Shown: positions 46,301 through 61,300 of the stretch, piece after piece | Layout of the letters: each line of letters opens with the position of its first letter | Numbering within the stretch: position 1 is the first letter of the stretch | Assembly (NCBI GenBank): GCA_964016885.1 | Contig: OZ024740.1 | Span: 4,588,001-4,652,000 of the forward strand | From: Eledone cirrhosa | Taxonomy: Eukaryota | DNA length: 64,000 bases | Reading direction: 5' to 3' | Notes under the pieces: model-generated | The model's database searches: none | Told to the model about the DNA's origin: nothing | The model's input: the letters and a program-made list of their open reading frames with translations, nothing else | Translations under genes and position numbers: made by a program

Positions 46301-49300
46301 GCATTGATGACATGATATAATACACCCAGTCCACTCTGTAAAGTGGTGGCATTGATGACATGATAAAATACACCCAGTCCACTCTGTAAAGTGGTGGCAT
46401 TGATGTCATGATACAATACACCCAGTCCACTCTGTAAAGTGGTGGCATTGATGACATGATAAAATACACCCAGTCCACTCTGTAAAGTGGTGGCATTGAT
46501 GACATGATAAAATACACCCAGTCCACTCTGTAAAGTGGTGGCATTGATGACATGATAAAATACACCCAGTCCACTCTGTAAAGTGGTGGCATTGATGGCA
46601 TGATAAAACACACCCAGTCCACTCTGTAAAGTGGTGGCATTGATGGCATGATAAAACACACCCAGTCCACTCTGTAAAGTGGTGGCATTGATGTCATGAT
46701 AAAACACACCCAGTCCACTCTGTAAAGTGGTGGCATTGATGGCATGATAAAATACACCCAGTCCACTCTGTAAAGTGGTGGCATTGATGGCATGATAAAA
46801 TACACCCAGTCCACTCTGTAAAGTGGTGGCATTGATGGCATGATAAAATACACCCAGTCCACTCTGTAAAGTGGTGGCATTGATGACATGATAAAACACA
46901 CCCAGTCCACTCTGTAAAGTGGTGGCATTGATGGCATGATAAAATACACCCAGTCCACTCTGTAAAGTGGTGGCATTGATGACATGATAAAATACACCCA
47001 GTCCACTCTGTAAAGTGGTGGCATTGATGTCATGATAAAATACACCCAGTCCACTCTGTAAAGTGGTGGCATTGATGACATGATAAAATACACCCAGTCC
47101 ACTCTGTAAAGTGGTGGCATTGATGGCATGATAAAATACACCCAGTCCACTCTGTAAAGTGGTGGCATTGATGACATGATAAAATACACCCAGTCCACTC
47201 TGTAAAGTGGTGGCATTGATGACATGATAAAATACACCCAGTCCACTCTGTAAAGTGGTGGCATTGATGTCATGATAAAACACACCCAGTCCACTCTGTA
47301 AAGTGGTGGCATTGATGGCATGATAAAATACACCCAGTCCACTCTGTAAAGTGGTGGCATTGATGGCATGATAAAATACACCCAGTCCACTCTGTAAAGT
47401 GGTGGCATTGATGGCATGATAAAATACACCCAGTCCACTCTGTAAAGTGGTGGCATTGATGACATGATAAAACACACCCAGTCCACTCTGTAAAGTGGTG
47501 GCATTGATGTCATGATAAAACACACCCAGTCCACTCTGTAAAGTGGTGGCATTGATGGCATGATAAAATACACCCAGTCCACTCTGTAAAGTGGTGGCAT
47601 TGATGGCATGATAAAATACACCCAGTCCACTCTGTAAAGTGGTGGCATTGATGGCATGATAAAATACACCCAGTCCACTCTGTAAAGTGGTGGCATTGAT
47701 GACATGATAAAACACACCCAGTCCACTCTGTAAAGTGGTAGCATTGATGTCATGATAAAACACACCCAGTCCACTCTGTAAAGTGGTGGCATTGATGGCA
47801 TGATAAAATACACCCAGTCCACTCTGTAAAGTGGTGGCATTGATGGCATGATAAAATACACCCAGTCCACTCTGTAAAGTGGTGGCATTGATGTCATGAT
47901 AAAACACACCCAGTCCACTCTGTAAAGTGGTGGCATTGATGGCATGATAAAATACACCCAGTCCACTCTGTAAAGTGGTGGCATTGATGACATGATAAAA
48001 TACACCCAGTCCACTCTGTAAAGTGGTGGCATTGATGACATGATAAAATACACCCAGTCCACTCTGTAAAGTGGTGGCATTGATGTCATGATAAAATACA
48101 CCCAGTCCACTCTGTAAAGTGGTGGCATTGATGACATGATAAAATACACCCAGTCCACTCTGTAAAGTGGTGGCATTGATGACATGATAAAATACACCCA
48201 GTCCACTCTGTAAAGTGGTGGCATTGATGATAAAATACACCCAGTCCACTCTGTAAAGTGGTGGCATTGATGACATGATAAAATACACCCAGTCCACTCT
48301 GTAAAGTGGTGGCATTGATGACATGATAAAATAACACCCAGTCCACTCTGTAACGTGCTGCATTGATGACATGATAAAATACACCCAGTCCACTCTGTAA
48401 AGTGGTGGCATTGATGGCATGATAAAATACACCCAGTCCACTCTGTAAAGTGGTGGCATTGATGTCATGATAAAATACACCCAGTCCACTCTGTAAAGTG
48501 GTGGCATTGATGACATGATAAAATACACCCAGTCCACTCTGTAAAGTGGTGGCATTGATGACATGATAAAATACACCCAGTCCACTCTGTAAAGTGGTGG
48601 CATTGATGACATGATAAAATACACCCAGTCCACTCTGTAAAGTGGTGGCATTGATGACATGATAAAATACACCCAGTCCACTCTGTAAAGTGGTGGCATT
48701 GATGACATGATAAAATACACCCAGTCCACTCTGTAAAGTGGTGGCATTGATGACATGATAAAATACACCCAGTCCACTCTGTAAAGTGGTGGCATTGATG
48801 TCATGATAAAATACACCCAGTCACTCTGTAAAGTGGTGGCATTGATGACATGATAAAATACACCCAGTCCACTCTGTAAAGTGGTGGCATTGATGGCATG
48901 ATAAAATACACCCAGTCCACTCTGTAAAGTGGTGGCATTGATGTCATGATAAAATACACCCAGTCCACTCTGTAAAGTGGTGGCATTGATGACATGATAA
49001 AATACACCCAGTCCACTCTGTAAAGTGGTGGCATTGATGGCATGATAAAATACACCCAGTCCACTCTGTAAAGTGGTGGCATTGATGACATGATAAAATA
49101 CACCCAGTCCACTCTGTAAAGTGGTGGCATTGATGACATGATAAAATACACCCAGTCCACTCTGTAAAGTGGTGGCATTGATGACATGATAAAATACACC
49201 CAGTCCACTCTGTAAAGTGGTGGCATTGATGACATGATAAAATACACCCAGTCCACTCTGTAAAGTGGTGGCATTGATGGCATGATAAAATACACCCAGT

Positions 49301-52300
49301 CCACTCTGTAAAGTGGTGGCATTGATGGCATGATAAAATACACCCAGTCCACTCTGTAAAGTGGTGGCATTGATGACATGATAAAATACACCCAGTCCAC
49401 TCTGTAAAGTGGTGGCATTGATGTCATGATAAAATACACCCAGTCCACTCTGTAAAGTGGTGGCATTGATGTCATGATAAAATACACCCAGTCCACTCTG
49501 TAAAGTGGTGGCATTGATGTCATGATAAAATACACCCAGTCCACTCTGTAAAGTGGTGGCATTGATGTCATGATAAAATACACCCAGTCCACTCTGTAAA
49601 GTGGTGGCATTGATGTCATGATAAAATACACCCAGTCCACTCTGTAAAGTGGTGGCATTGATGTCATGATAAAATACACCCAGTCCACTCTGTAAAGTGG
49701 TGGCATTGATGTCATGATATAATACACCCAGTCCACTCTGTAAAGTTGGTGGCATTGATGTCATGATAAAATACACCCAGTCCACTCTGTAAAGTTGGTG
49801 GCATTGATGTCATGATAAAATACACCCAGTCCACTCTGTAAAGTGGTGGCATTGATGTCATGATAAAATACACCCAGTCCACTCTGTAAAGTGGTGGCAT
49901 TGATGTCATGATAAAAATACACCCAGTCCACTCTGTAAAGTGGTGGCATTGATGTCATGATATAATACACCCAGTCCACTCTGTAAAGTGGTGGCATTGA
50001 TGTCATGATAAAATACACCCAGTCCACTCTGTAAAGTGGTGGCATTGATGTCATGATAAAATACACCCAGTCCACTCTGTAAAGTGGTGGCATTGATGTC
50101 ATGATAAAATACACCCAGTCCACTCTGTAAAGTGGTGGCATTGATGTCATGATATAATACACCCAGTCCACTCTGTAAAGTGGTGGCATTGATGTCATGA
50201 TAAAATACACCCAGTCCACTCTGTAAAGTGGTGGCATTGATGGCATGATATAATACACCCAGTCCACTCTGTAAAGTGGTGGCATTGATGTCATGATAAA
50301 ATACACCCAGTCCACTCTGTAAAGTGGTGGCATGATGGCATGATATAATACACCCAGTCCACTCTGTAAAGTGGTGGCATTGATGGCATGATAAAATACA
50401 CCCAGTCCACTCTGTAAAGTGGTGGCATTGATGTCATGATATAATACACCCAGTCCACTCTGTAAAGTGGTGGCATTGATGTCATGATAAAATACACCCA
50501 GTCCACTCTGTAAAGTGGTGGCATTGATGGCATGATAAAATACACCCAGTCCACTCTGTAAAGTGGTGGCATTGATGTCATGATAAAATACACCCAGTCC
50601 ACTCTGTAAAGTGGTGGCATTGATGTCATGATATAATACACCCAGTCCACTCTGTAGAGTGGTGGCATTGATGTCATGATAAAATACACCCAGTCCACTC
50701 TGTAAAGTGGTGGCATTGATGGCATGATAAAATACACCCAGTCCACTCTGTAAAGTGGTGGCATTGATGTCATGATAAAATACACCCAGTCCACTCTGTA
50801 AAGTGGTGGCATTGATGTCATGATATAATACACCCAGTCCACTCTGTAAAGTGGTGCATTGATGTCATGATATAATACACCCAGTCCACTCTGTAAAGTG
50901 GTGGCATTGATGTCATGATAAAATACACCCAGTCCACTCTGTAAAGTGGTGGCATTGATGTCATGATATAATACACCCAGTCCACTCTGTAAAGTGGTGG
51001 CATTGATGTCATGATAAAATACACCCAGTCCACTCTGTAAAGTGGTGGCATTGATGTCATGATATAATACACCCAGTCCACTCTGTAAAGTGGTGGCATT
51101 GATGACATGATAAAATACACCCAGTCCACTCTGTAAAGTGGTGGCATTGATGGCATGATATAATACACCCAGTCCACTCTGTAAAGTGGTGGCATTGATG
51201 GCATGATAAAATACACCCAGTCCACTCTGTAAAGCTGTGGCATTGATGTCATGGTAAAATACACCCAGTCCACTCTGTAAAGTGGTGGCATTGATGGCAT
51301 GATAAAATACACCCAGTCCACTCTGTAAAGTGGTGGCATTGATGGCATGATATAATACACCCAGTCCACTCTGTAAAGTGGTGGCATTGATGTCATGATA
51401 AAATACACCCAGTCCACTCTGTAAAGTGGTGGCATTGATGGCATGATAAAATACACCCAGTCCACTCTGTAAAGTGGTGGCATTGATGTCATGATAAAAT
51501 ACACCCAGTCCACTCTGTAAAGTGGTGGCATTGATGTCATGATATAATACACCCAGTCCACTCTGTAAAGTGGTGGCATTGATGTCATGATAAAATACAC
51601 CCAGTCCACTCTGTAAAGTGGTGGCATTGATGGCATGATAAAATACACCCAGTCCACTCTGTAAAGTGGTGGCATTGATGTCATGATAAAATACACCCAG
51701 TCCACTCTGTAAAGTGGTGGCATTGATGTCATGATATAATACACCCAGTCCACTCTGTAAAGTGGTGGCATTGATGTCATGATATAATACACCCAGTCCA
51801 CTCTGTAAAGTGGTGGCATTGATGTCATGATAAAATACACCCAGTCCACTCTGTAAAGTGGTGGCATTGATGTCATGATATAATACACCCAGTCCACTCT
51901 GTAAAGTGGTGGCATTAATGTCATGATAAAATACACCCAGTCCACTCTGTAAAGTGGTGGCATTGATGTCATGATATAATACACCCAGTCCACTCTGTAA
52001 AGTGGTGGCATTGATGACATGATAAAATACACCCAGTCCACTCTGTAAAGTGGTGGCATTGATGGCATGATATAATACACCCAGTCCACTCTGTAAAGTG
52101 GTGGCATTGATGGCATGATAAAATACACCCAGTCCACTCTGTAAAGCTGTGGCATTGATGTCATGGTAAAATACACCCAGTCCACTCTGTAAAGTGGTGG
52201 CATTGATGGCATGATAAAATACACCCAGTCCACTCTGTAAAGTGGTGGCATTGATGGCATGATATAATACACCCAGTCCACTCTGTAAAGTGGTGGCATT

Positions 52301-55300
52301 GATGTCATGATAAAATACACCCAGTCCACTCTGTAAAGTGGTGGCATTGATGGCATGATAAAATACACCCAGTCCACTCTGTAAAGTGGTGGCATTGATG
52401 TCATGATAAAATACACCCAGTCCACTCTGTAAAGTGGTGGCATTGATGGCATGATAAAATACACCCAGTCCACTCTGTAAAGTGGTGGCATTGATGGCAT
52501 GATAAAATACACCCAGTCCACTCTGTAAAGTGGTGGCATTGATGTCATGATAAAACACACCCAGTCCACTCTGTAAAGTGGTGGCATTGATGTCATGATA
52601 AAACACACCCAGTCCACTCTGTAAAGTGGTGGCTTTGATGTCATGATAAAATACACCCAGTCCACTCTGTAAAGTGGTGGCATTGATGACATGATAAAAT
52701 ACACCCAGTCCACTCTGTAAAGCTGTGGCATTGATGGCATGATAAAATACACCCAGTCCACTCTGTAAAGTGGTGGCATTGATGTCATGATAAAATACAC
52801 CCAGTCCACTCTGTAAAGTGGTGGCATTGATGTCATGATATAATACACCCAGTCCACTCTGTAAAGTGGTGGCATTGATGGCATGATATAATACACCCAG
52901 TCCACTCTGTAAAGTGGTGGCTTTGATGTCATGATAAAATACACCCAGTCCACTCTGTAAAGTGGTGGCATTGATGGCATGATAAAATACACCCAGTCCA
53001 CTCTGTAAAGTGGTGGCTTTGATGTCATGATAAAATACACCCAGTCCACTCTGTAAAGTGGTGGCATTGATGTCATGATATAATACACCCAGTCCACTCT
53101 GTAAAGTGGTGGCATTGATGACATGATAAAATACACCCAGTCCACTCTGTAAAGTGGTGGCATTGATGGCATGATAAAACACACCCAGTCCACTCTGTAA
53201 AGTGGTGGCATTGATGGCATGATATAATACACCCAGTCCACTCTGTAAAGTGGTGGCATTGATGGCATGATAAAATACACCCAGTCCACTCTGTAAAGTG
53301 GTGGCATTGATGGCATGATAAAATACACCCAGTCCACTCTGTAAAGTGGTGGCATTGATGGCATGATATAATACACCCAGTCCACTCTGTAAAGTGGTGG
53401 CTTTGATGTCATGATAAAATACACCCAGTCCACTCTGTAAAGTGGTGGCATTGATGGCATGATAAAATACACCCAGTCCACTCTGTAAAGTGGTGGCTTT
53501 GATGTCATGATAAAATACACCCAGTCCACTCTGTAAAGTGGTGGCATTGATGGCATGATAAAATACACCCAGTCCACTCTGTAAAGCTGTGGCATTGATG
53601 GCATGATAAAATACACCCAGTCCACTCTGTAAAGTGGTGGCTTTGATGACATGATAAAATACACCCAGTCCACTCTGTAAAGTGGTGGCATTGATGGCAT
53701 GATATAATACACCCAGTCCACTCTGTAAAGTGGTGGCTTTGATGTCATGATAAAATACACCCAGTCCACTCTGTAAAGTGGTGGCATTGATGGCATGATA
53801 AAATACACCCAGTCCACTCTGTAAAGTGGTGGCTTTGATGTCATGATAAAATACACCCAGTCCACTCTGTAAAGTGGTGGCATTGATGGCATGATAAAAT
53901 ACACCCAGTCCACTCTGTAAAGCTGTGGCATTGATGGCATGATAAAATACACCCAGTCCACTCTGTAAAGTGGTGGCTTTGATGACATGATAAAATACAC
54001 CCAGTCCACTCTGTAAAGTGGTGGCATTGATGACATGATAAAATACACCCAGTCCACTCTGTAAAGTGGTGGCATTGATGGCATGATAAAATACACCCAG
54101 TCCACTCTGTAAAGTGGTGGCATTGATGACATGATAAAATACACCCAGTCCACTCTGTAAAGTGGTGGCTTTGATGTCATGATAAAATACACCCAGTCCA
54201 CTCTGTAAAGTGGTGGCATTGATGTCATGATAAAATACACCCAGTCCACTCTGTAAAGTGGTGGCATTGATGGCATGATAAAATACACCCAGTCCACTCT
54301 GTAAAGTGGTGGCTTTGATGTCATGATAAAATACACCCAGTCCACTCTGTAAAGTGGTGGCATTGATGACATGATAAAATACACCCAGTCCACTCTGTAA
54401 AGCTGTGGCATTGATGGCATGATAAAATACACCCAGTCCACTCTGTAAAGTGGTGGCATTGATGACATGATAAAATACACCCAGTCCACTCTGTAAAGTG
54501 GTGGCATTGATGGCATGATAAAATACACCCAGTCCACTCTGTAAAGTGGTGGCATTGATGACATGATAAAATACACCCAGTCCACTCTGTAAAGTGGTGG
54601 CATTGATGACATGATAAAATACACCCAGTCCACTCTGTAAAGTGGTGGCATTGATGGCATGATAAAATACACCCAGTCCACTCTGTAAAGTGGTGGCATT
54701 GATGTCATGATAAAATACACCCAGTCCACTCTGTAAAGTGGTGGCATGGATGTCATGATAAAATACACCCAGTCCACTCTGTAAAGTGGTGGCTTTGATG
54801 TCATGATAAAATACACCCAGTCCACTCTGTAAAGTGGTGGCATGGATGTCATGATAAAATACACCCAGTCCACTCTGTAAAGTGGTGGCATGGATGTCAT
54901 GATAAAATACACCCAGTCCACTCTGTAAAGTGGTGGCATGGATGTCATGATAAAATACACCCAGTCCACTCTGTAAAGTGGTGGCATGGATGTCATGATA
55001 AAATACACCCAGTCCACTCTGTAAAGTGGTGGCATGGATGTCATGATAAAATACACCCAGTCCACTCTGTAAAGTGGTGGCATGGATGTCATGATAAAAT
55101 ACACCCAGTCCACTCTGTAAAGTGGTGGCATGGATGTCATGATAAAATACACCCAGTCCACTCTGTAAAGTGGTGGCATGGATGTCATGATAAAATACAC
55201 CCAGTCCACTCTGTAAAGTGGTGGCATGGATGTCATGATAAAATACACCCAGTCCACTCTGTAAAGTGGTGGCATGGATGTCATGATAAAATACACCCAG

Positions 55301-58300
55301 TCCACTCTGTAAAGTGGTGGCATGGATGTCATGATAAAATACACCCAGTCCACTCTGTAAAGTGGTGGCATTGATGTCATGATAAAATACACCCAGTCCA
55401 CTCTGTAAAGTGGTGGCATGGATGTCATGATAAAATACACCCAGTCCACTCTGTAAAGTGGTGGCATTGATGGCATGATAAAACACACCCAGTCCACTCT
55501 GTAAAGTGGTGGCATTGATGTCATGATAAAACACACCCAGTCCACTCTGTAAAGTGGTGGCATTGATGTCATGATAAAATACACCCAGTCCACTCTGTAA
55601 AATGGTGGCATTGATGACATGATAAAATACACCCAGTCCACTCTGTAAAGTGGTAGTGCTGTTGTCATGATAAAATACACCCAGTCCACTCTGTAAAGTG
55701 GTGGCATTGATGACATGATAAAATACACCCAGTCCACTCTGTAAAGTGGTGGCATTGATGACATGATAAAATACACCCAGTCCACTCTGTAAAGTGGTGG
55801 CATTGATGACATGATAAAATGCACCCATTTTACTCTGTAAAGTGGTAGTGCTGATGTCATGATAAAATGCACCCAGTCCACTCTGTAAAGTAGTACTGCT
55901 GATGTCATGATAAAATACACCCAGTCCACTCTGTAAAGTAGTACTGGTGATGTCATGGTAAAATGCACCCAGTCCACTCTGTTAAGTGGTAGTGCTGATG
56001 TCATGATAAAATGCACCCAGTCCACTCTGTAAAGTGGTGGCATTGATGACATGATAAAATACACCCAGTCCACTCTGTAAAGTGGTAGTGCTGATGTCAT
56101 GATAAAATGCACCCAGTCCACTCTGTAAAGTAGTACTGCTGATGTCATGGTAAAATGCACCCAGTCCACTCTGTAAAGTGGTAGTGCTGATGTCATGATA
56201 AAATGCACCCAGTCCACTCTGTAAAGTGGTGGCATTGATGACAAGATAAAATACACCCAGTCCACTCTGTAAAGTGGTGGCATTGATGACATGATAAAAT
56301 ACACCCAGTCCACTCTGTAAAGTGGTAGTGCTGTTGTCATGATAAAATACACCCAGTCCACTCTGTAAAGTGGTGGCATTGATGACATGATAAAATACAC
56401 CCAGTCCACTCTGTAAAGTGGTGGCATTGATGACATGATAAAATGCACCCAGTCCACTCTGTAAAGTGGTAGTGCTGATGTCATGATAAAATGCACCCAG
56501 TCCACTCTGTAAAGTAGTACTGCTGATGTCATGATAAAATACACCCAGTCCACTCTGTAAAGTGGTAGTGCTGATGTCATGATAAAATGCACCCAGTCCA
56601 CTCTGTAAAGTAGTACTGCTGATGTCATGGTAAAATGCACCCAGTCCACTCTGTAAAGTGGTAGTGCTGATGTCATGATAAAATGCACCCAGTCCGCTCT
56701 GTAAAGTGGTGGCATTGATGACATGATAAAATACACACCAGTCCACTCTGTAAAGTGGTAGTGCATATGTCATGATAAAATGCACCCAGTCCACTCTGTA
56801 AAGTAGTACGGCTGATATCATGGTAAAATGCACCCAGTCCACTCTGTAAAGTGGTAGTGCTGATGACATGATAAAATACACCCAGTCCACTCTGTAAAGT
56901 GGTAGTGCTGATGTCATGATAAAATGCACCCAGTCCACTCTGTAAAGTAGTACTGCTGATGTCATGGTAAAATGCACCCTGTCCACTCTGTAAAGTGGTA
57001 GTGCTGAAGTCATGATAAAATGCACCCAGTCCACTCTGTAAAGTGGTAGCATTGATGACATGATAAAATACACCCAGTCCACTCTGTAAAGTGGTGGCAT
57101 TGATGACATGATAAAATACACCCAGTCCACTCTGTAAAGTGGTGGCATTGATGACATGATAAAATACACCCGGTCCACTCTGTAAAGTGGTAGTGCAGAT
57201 GTCATGATAAAATGCACCCAGTCCACTCTGTAAAGTGGTAGCATTGATGACATGATAAAATGCACCCAGTCCACTCTGTAAAGTGGTGGCATTGATGTCA
57301 TGGTAAAATGCACCCAGTCCACTCTGTAAAGTGGTAGTGCTGATGTCATGATAAAATGCACCCAGTCCACTCTGTAAAGTGGTAGTGCGGATGTCATGAT
57401 AAAATACACCCAGTCCACTCTGTAAAGTGGTGGCATTGATGACATGATAAAATGCACCCAGTCCACTCTGTAAAGTGGTAGTGCTGATGTCATGATAAAA
57501 TACACCCAGTCCACTCTGTAAAGTGGTGGCATTGATGACATGATAAAATGCACCCAGTCCACTCTGTAAAGTGGTACTGCTGATGTCATGATAAAATACA
57601 CCCAGTCCACTCTGTAAAGTGGTGGCATTGATGGCATGATAAAACACACCCAGTCCACTCTGTAAAGTGGTGGCATTGATGGCATGATAAAACACACCCA
57701 GTCCACTCTGTAAAGTGGTGGCATTGATGGCATGATAAAATACACCCAGTCCACTCTGTAAAGTGGTGGCATTGATGTCATGATAAAATACACCCAGTCC
57801 ACTCTGTAAAGTGGTGGCATTGATGTCATGATAAAATACACCCAGTCCACTCTGTAAAGTGGTGGCATTGATGTCATGATAAAACACACCCAGTCCACTC
57901 TGTAAAGTGGTGGCCTTCGTGGCATGATAAAATACACCCAGTCCACTCTGTAAAGTGGTGGCATTGATGTCATGATAAAACACACCCAGTCCACTCTGTA
58001 AAGTGGTGGCATTGATGTCATGATAAAATACACCCAGTCCACTCTGTAAAGTGGTGTGGCATTGATGACATGATAAAATACACCCAGTCCACTCTGTAAA
58101 GTGGTGGCATTGATGGCATGATAAAATACACCCAGTCCACTCTGTAAAGCTGTGGCATTGATGGCATGATAAAATACACCCAGTCCACTTTGTAAAGTGG
58201 TGGCATTGATGGCATGATAAAATACACCCAGTCCACTCTGTAAACTGGTGGCATTGATGACATGATAAAATACACCCAGTCCACTCTGTAAAGTGGTGGC

Positions 58301-61300
58301 ATTGATGTCATGATAAAATACACCCAGTCCACTCTGTAAAGTGGTGGCATTGATGTCATGATAAAATACACCCAGTCCACTCTGTAAAGTGGTGGCATTG
58401 ATGTCATGATAAAATACACCCAGTCCACTCTGTAAAGTGGTGGCATTGATGGCATGATAAAATACACCCAGTCCACTCTGTAAAGTGGTGGCATTGATGG
58501 CATGATAAAATGCACCCAGTCCACTCTGTAAAGTGGTAGTGCTGATGTCATGATAAAATACACCCAGTCCACTCTGTAAAGTGGTAGTGCTGTTGTCATG
58601 ATAAAATACACCCAGTCCACTCTGTAAAGTGGTGGCATTGATGACATGATAAAATGCACCCAGTCCACTCTGTAAAGTGGTAGTGCTGATGTCATGATAA
58701 AATGCACCCTGTCCACTCTGTAAAGTAGTACTGCTGATGTCATGATAACATACACCCAGTCCACTCTGTAAAGTAGTACTGGTGATGTCATGGTAAAATG
58801 CACCCAGTCCACTCTGTTAAGTGGTAGTGCTGATGTCATGATAAAATGCACCCAGTCCACTCTGTAAAGTGGTGGCATTGATGACATGATAAAATACACC
58901 CAGTCCACTCTGTAAAGTGGTAGTGCTGATGTCATGATAAAATGCACCCAGTCCACTCTGTAAAGTAGTACTGCTGATGTCATGGTAAAATGCACCCAGT
59001 CCACTCTGTAAAGTGGTAGTGCTGATGTCATGATAAAATGCACCCAGTCCACTCTGTAAAGTGGTGGCATTGATGACAAGATAAAATACACCCAGTCCAC
59101 TCTGTAAAGTGGTGGCATTGATGACATGATAAAATACACCCAGTCCACTCTGTAAAGTGGTAGTGCTGATGTCATGATAAAATGCACCCAGTCCACTCTG
59201 TAAAGTGGTAGCATTGATGACATGATAAAATACGCCCAGTCCACTCTGTAAAGTGGTGGCATTGATGTCATGATAAAATACACCCAGTCCACTCTGTAAA
59301 GTGGTGGCATTGATGTCATGATAAAGTACACCCAGTCCACTCTGTAAAGTGGTAGTGCTGATGTCATGATAAAATACACCCAGTCCACTGTGTAAAGTGG
59401 TAGTGCTGTTGTCATGATAAAATACACCCAGTCCACTCTGTAAAGTGGTGGCATTGATGACATGATAAAATACACCCAGTCCACTCTGTAAAGTGCTGGC
59501 ATTGATGACATGATAAAATGCACCCAGTCCACTCTGTAAAGTGGTAGTGCTGATGTCATGATAAAATGCACCCAGTCCACTCTGTAAAGTAGTACTGCTG
59601 ATGTCATGATAAAATACACCCAGTCCACTCTGTAAAGTGGTAGTGCTGATGTCATGATAAAATGCACCCAGTCCACTCTGTAAATTAGTACTGCTGATGT
59701 CATGGTAAAATGCACCCAGTCCACTCTGTAAAGTGGTAGTGCTGATGTCATGATAAAATGCACCCAGTCCACTCTGTAAAGTGGTGGCATTGATGACATG
59801 ATAAAATACACACCAGTCCACTCTGTAAAGTGGTAGTGCATATGTCATGATAAAATGCACCCAGTCCACTCTGTAAAGTAGTACGGCTGATGTCATGGTA
59901 AAATGCACCCAGTCCACTCTGTAAAGTGGTAGTGCTGATGTCATGATAAAATGCACCCAGTCCACTCTGTAAAGTGGTGGCATTGATGACATGATAAAAT
60001 ACACCCAGTCCACTCTGTAAAGTGGTAGTGCTGATGTCATGATAAAATGCACCCAGTCCACTCTGTAAAGTAGTACTGCTGATGTCATGGTAAAATGCAC
60101 CCAGTCCACTCTGTAAAGTGGTAGTGCTGAAGTCATGATAAAATGCACCCAGTCCACTCTGTAAAGTGGTAGCATTGATGACATGATAAAATACACCCAG
60201 TCCACTCTGTAAAGTGGTGGCATTGATGACATGATAAAATACACCCAGTCCACTCTGTAAAGTGGTGGCATTGATGGCATGATAAAATACACCCAGTCCA
60301 CTCTGTAAAGTGGTGGCATTGATGGCATGATAAAATGCACCCAGTCCACTCTGTAAAGTGGTAGTGCTGATGTCATGATAAAATACACCCAGTCCACTCT
60401 GTAAAGTGGTAGTGCTGTTGTCATGATAAAATACACCCAGTCCACTCTGTAAAGTGGTAGTGCTGATGTCATGATAAAATGCACCCAGTCCACTCTGTAA
60501 AGTGGTGGCATTGATGACATGATAAAATGCACCCAGTCCACTCTGTAAAGTGGTAGTGCTGATGTCATGATAAAATACACCCAGTCCACTCTGTAAAGTA
60601 GTACTGCTGATGTCATGATAAAATACACCCAGTCCACTCTGTAAAGTAGTACTGGTGATGTCATGATAAAATGCACCCAGTCCACTCTGTTAAGTGGTGG
60701 CATTGATGACATGATAAAATACACCCAGTCCACTCTGTAAAGTGGTAGTGCTGATGTCATGATAAAATGCACCCAGTCCACTCTGTAAAGTAGTACTGCT
60801 GATGTCATGGTAAAATGCACCCAGTCCACTCTGTAAAGTGGTAGTGCTGATGTCATGATAAAATGCACCCAGTCCACTCTGTAAAGTGGTGGCATTGATG
60901 ACAAGATAAAATACACCCAGTCCACTCTGTAAAGTGGTGGCATTGATGACATGATAAAATACACCCAGTCCACTCTGTAAAGTGGTAGTGCTGATGTCAT
61001 GATAAAATGCACCCAGTCCACTCTGTAAAGTGGTAGCATTGATGACATGATAAAATACACCCAGTCCACTCTGTAAAGTGGTGGCATTGATGACATGATA
61101 AAATGCACCCAGTCCACTCTGTGAAGTGGTAGTGCTGATGTCATGATAAAATGCACCCAGTCCACTCTGTAAAGTAGTACTGCTGATGTCATGATAAAAT
61201 ACACCCAGTCCACTCTGTAAAGTGGTAGTGCTGATGTCATGATAAAATGCACCCAGTCCACTCTGTAAAGTAGTACTGCTGATGTCATGGTAAAATGCAC

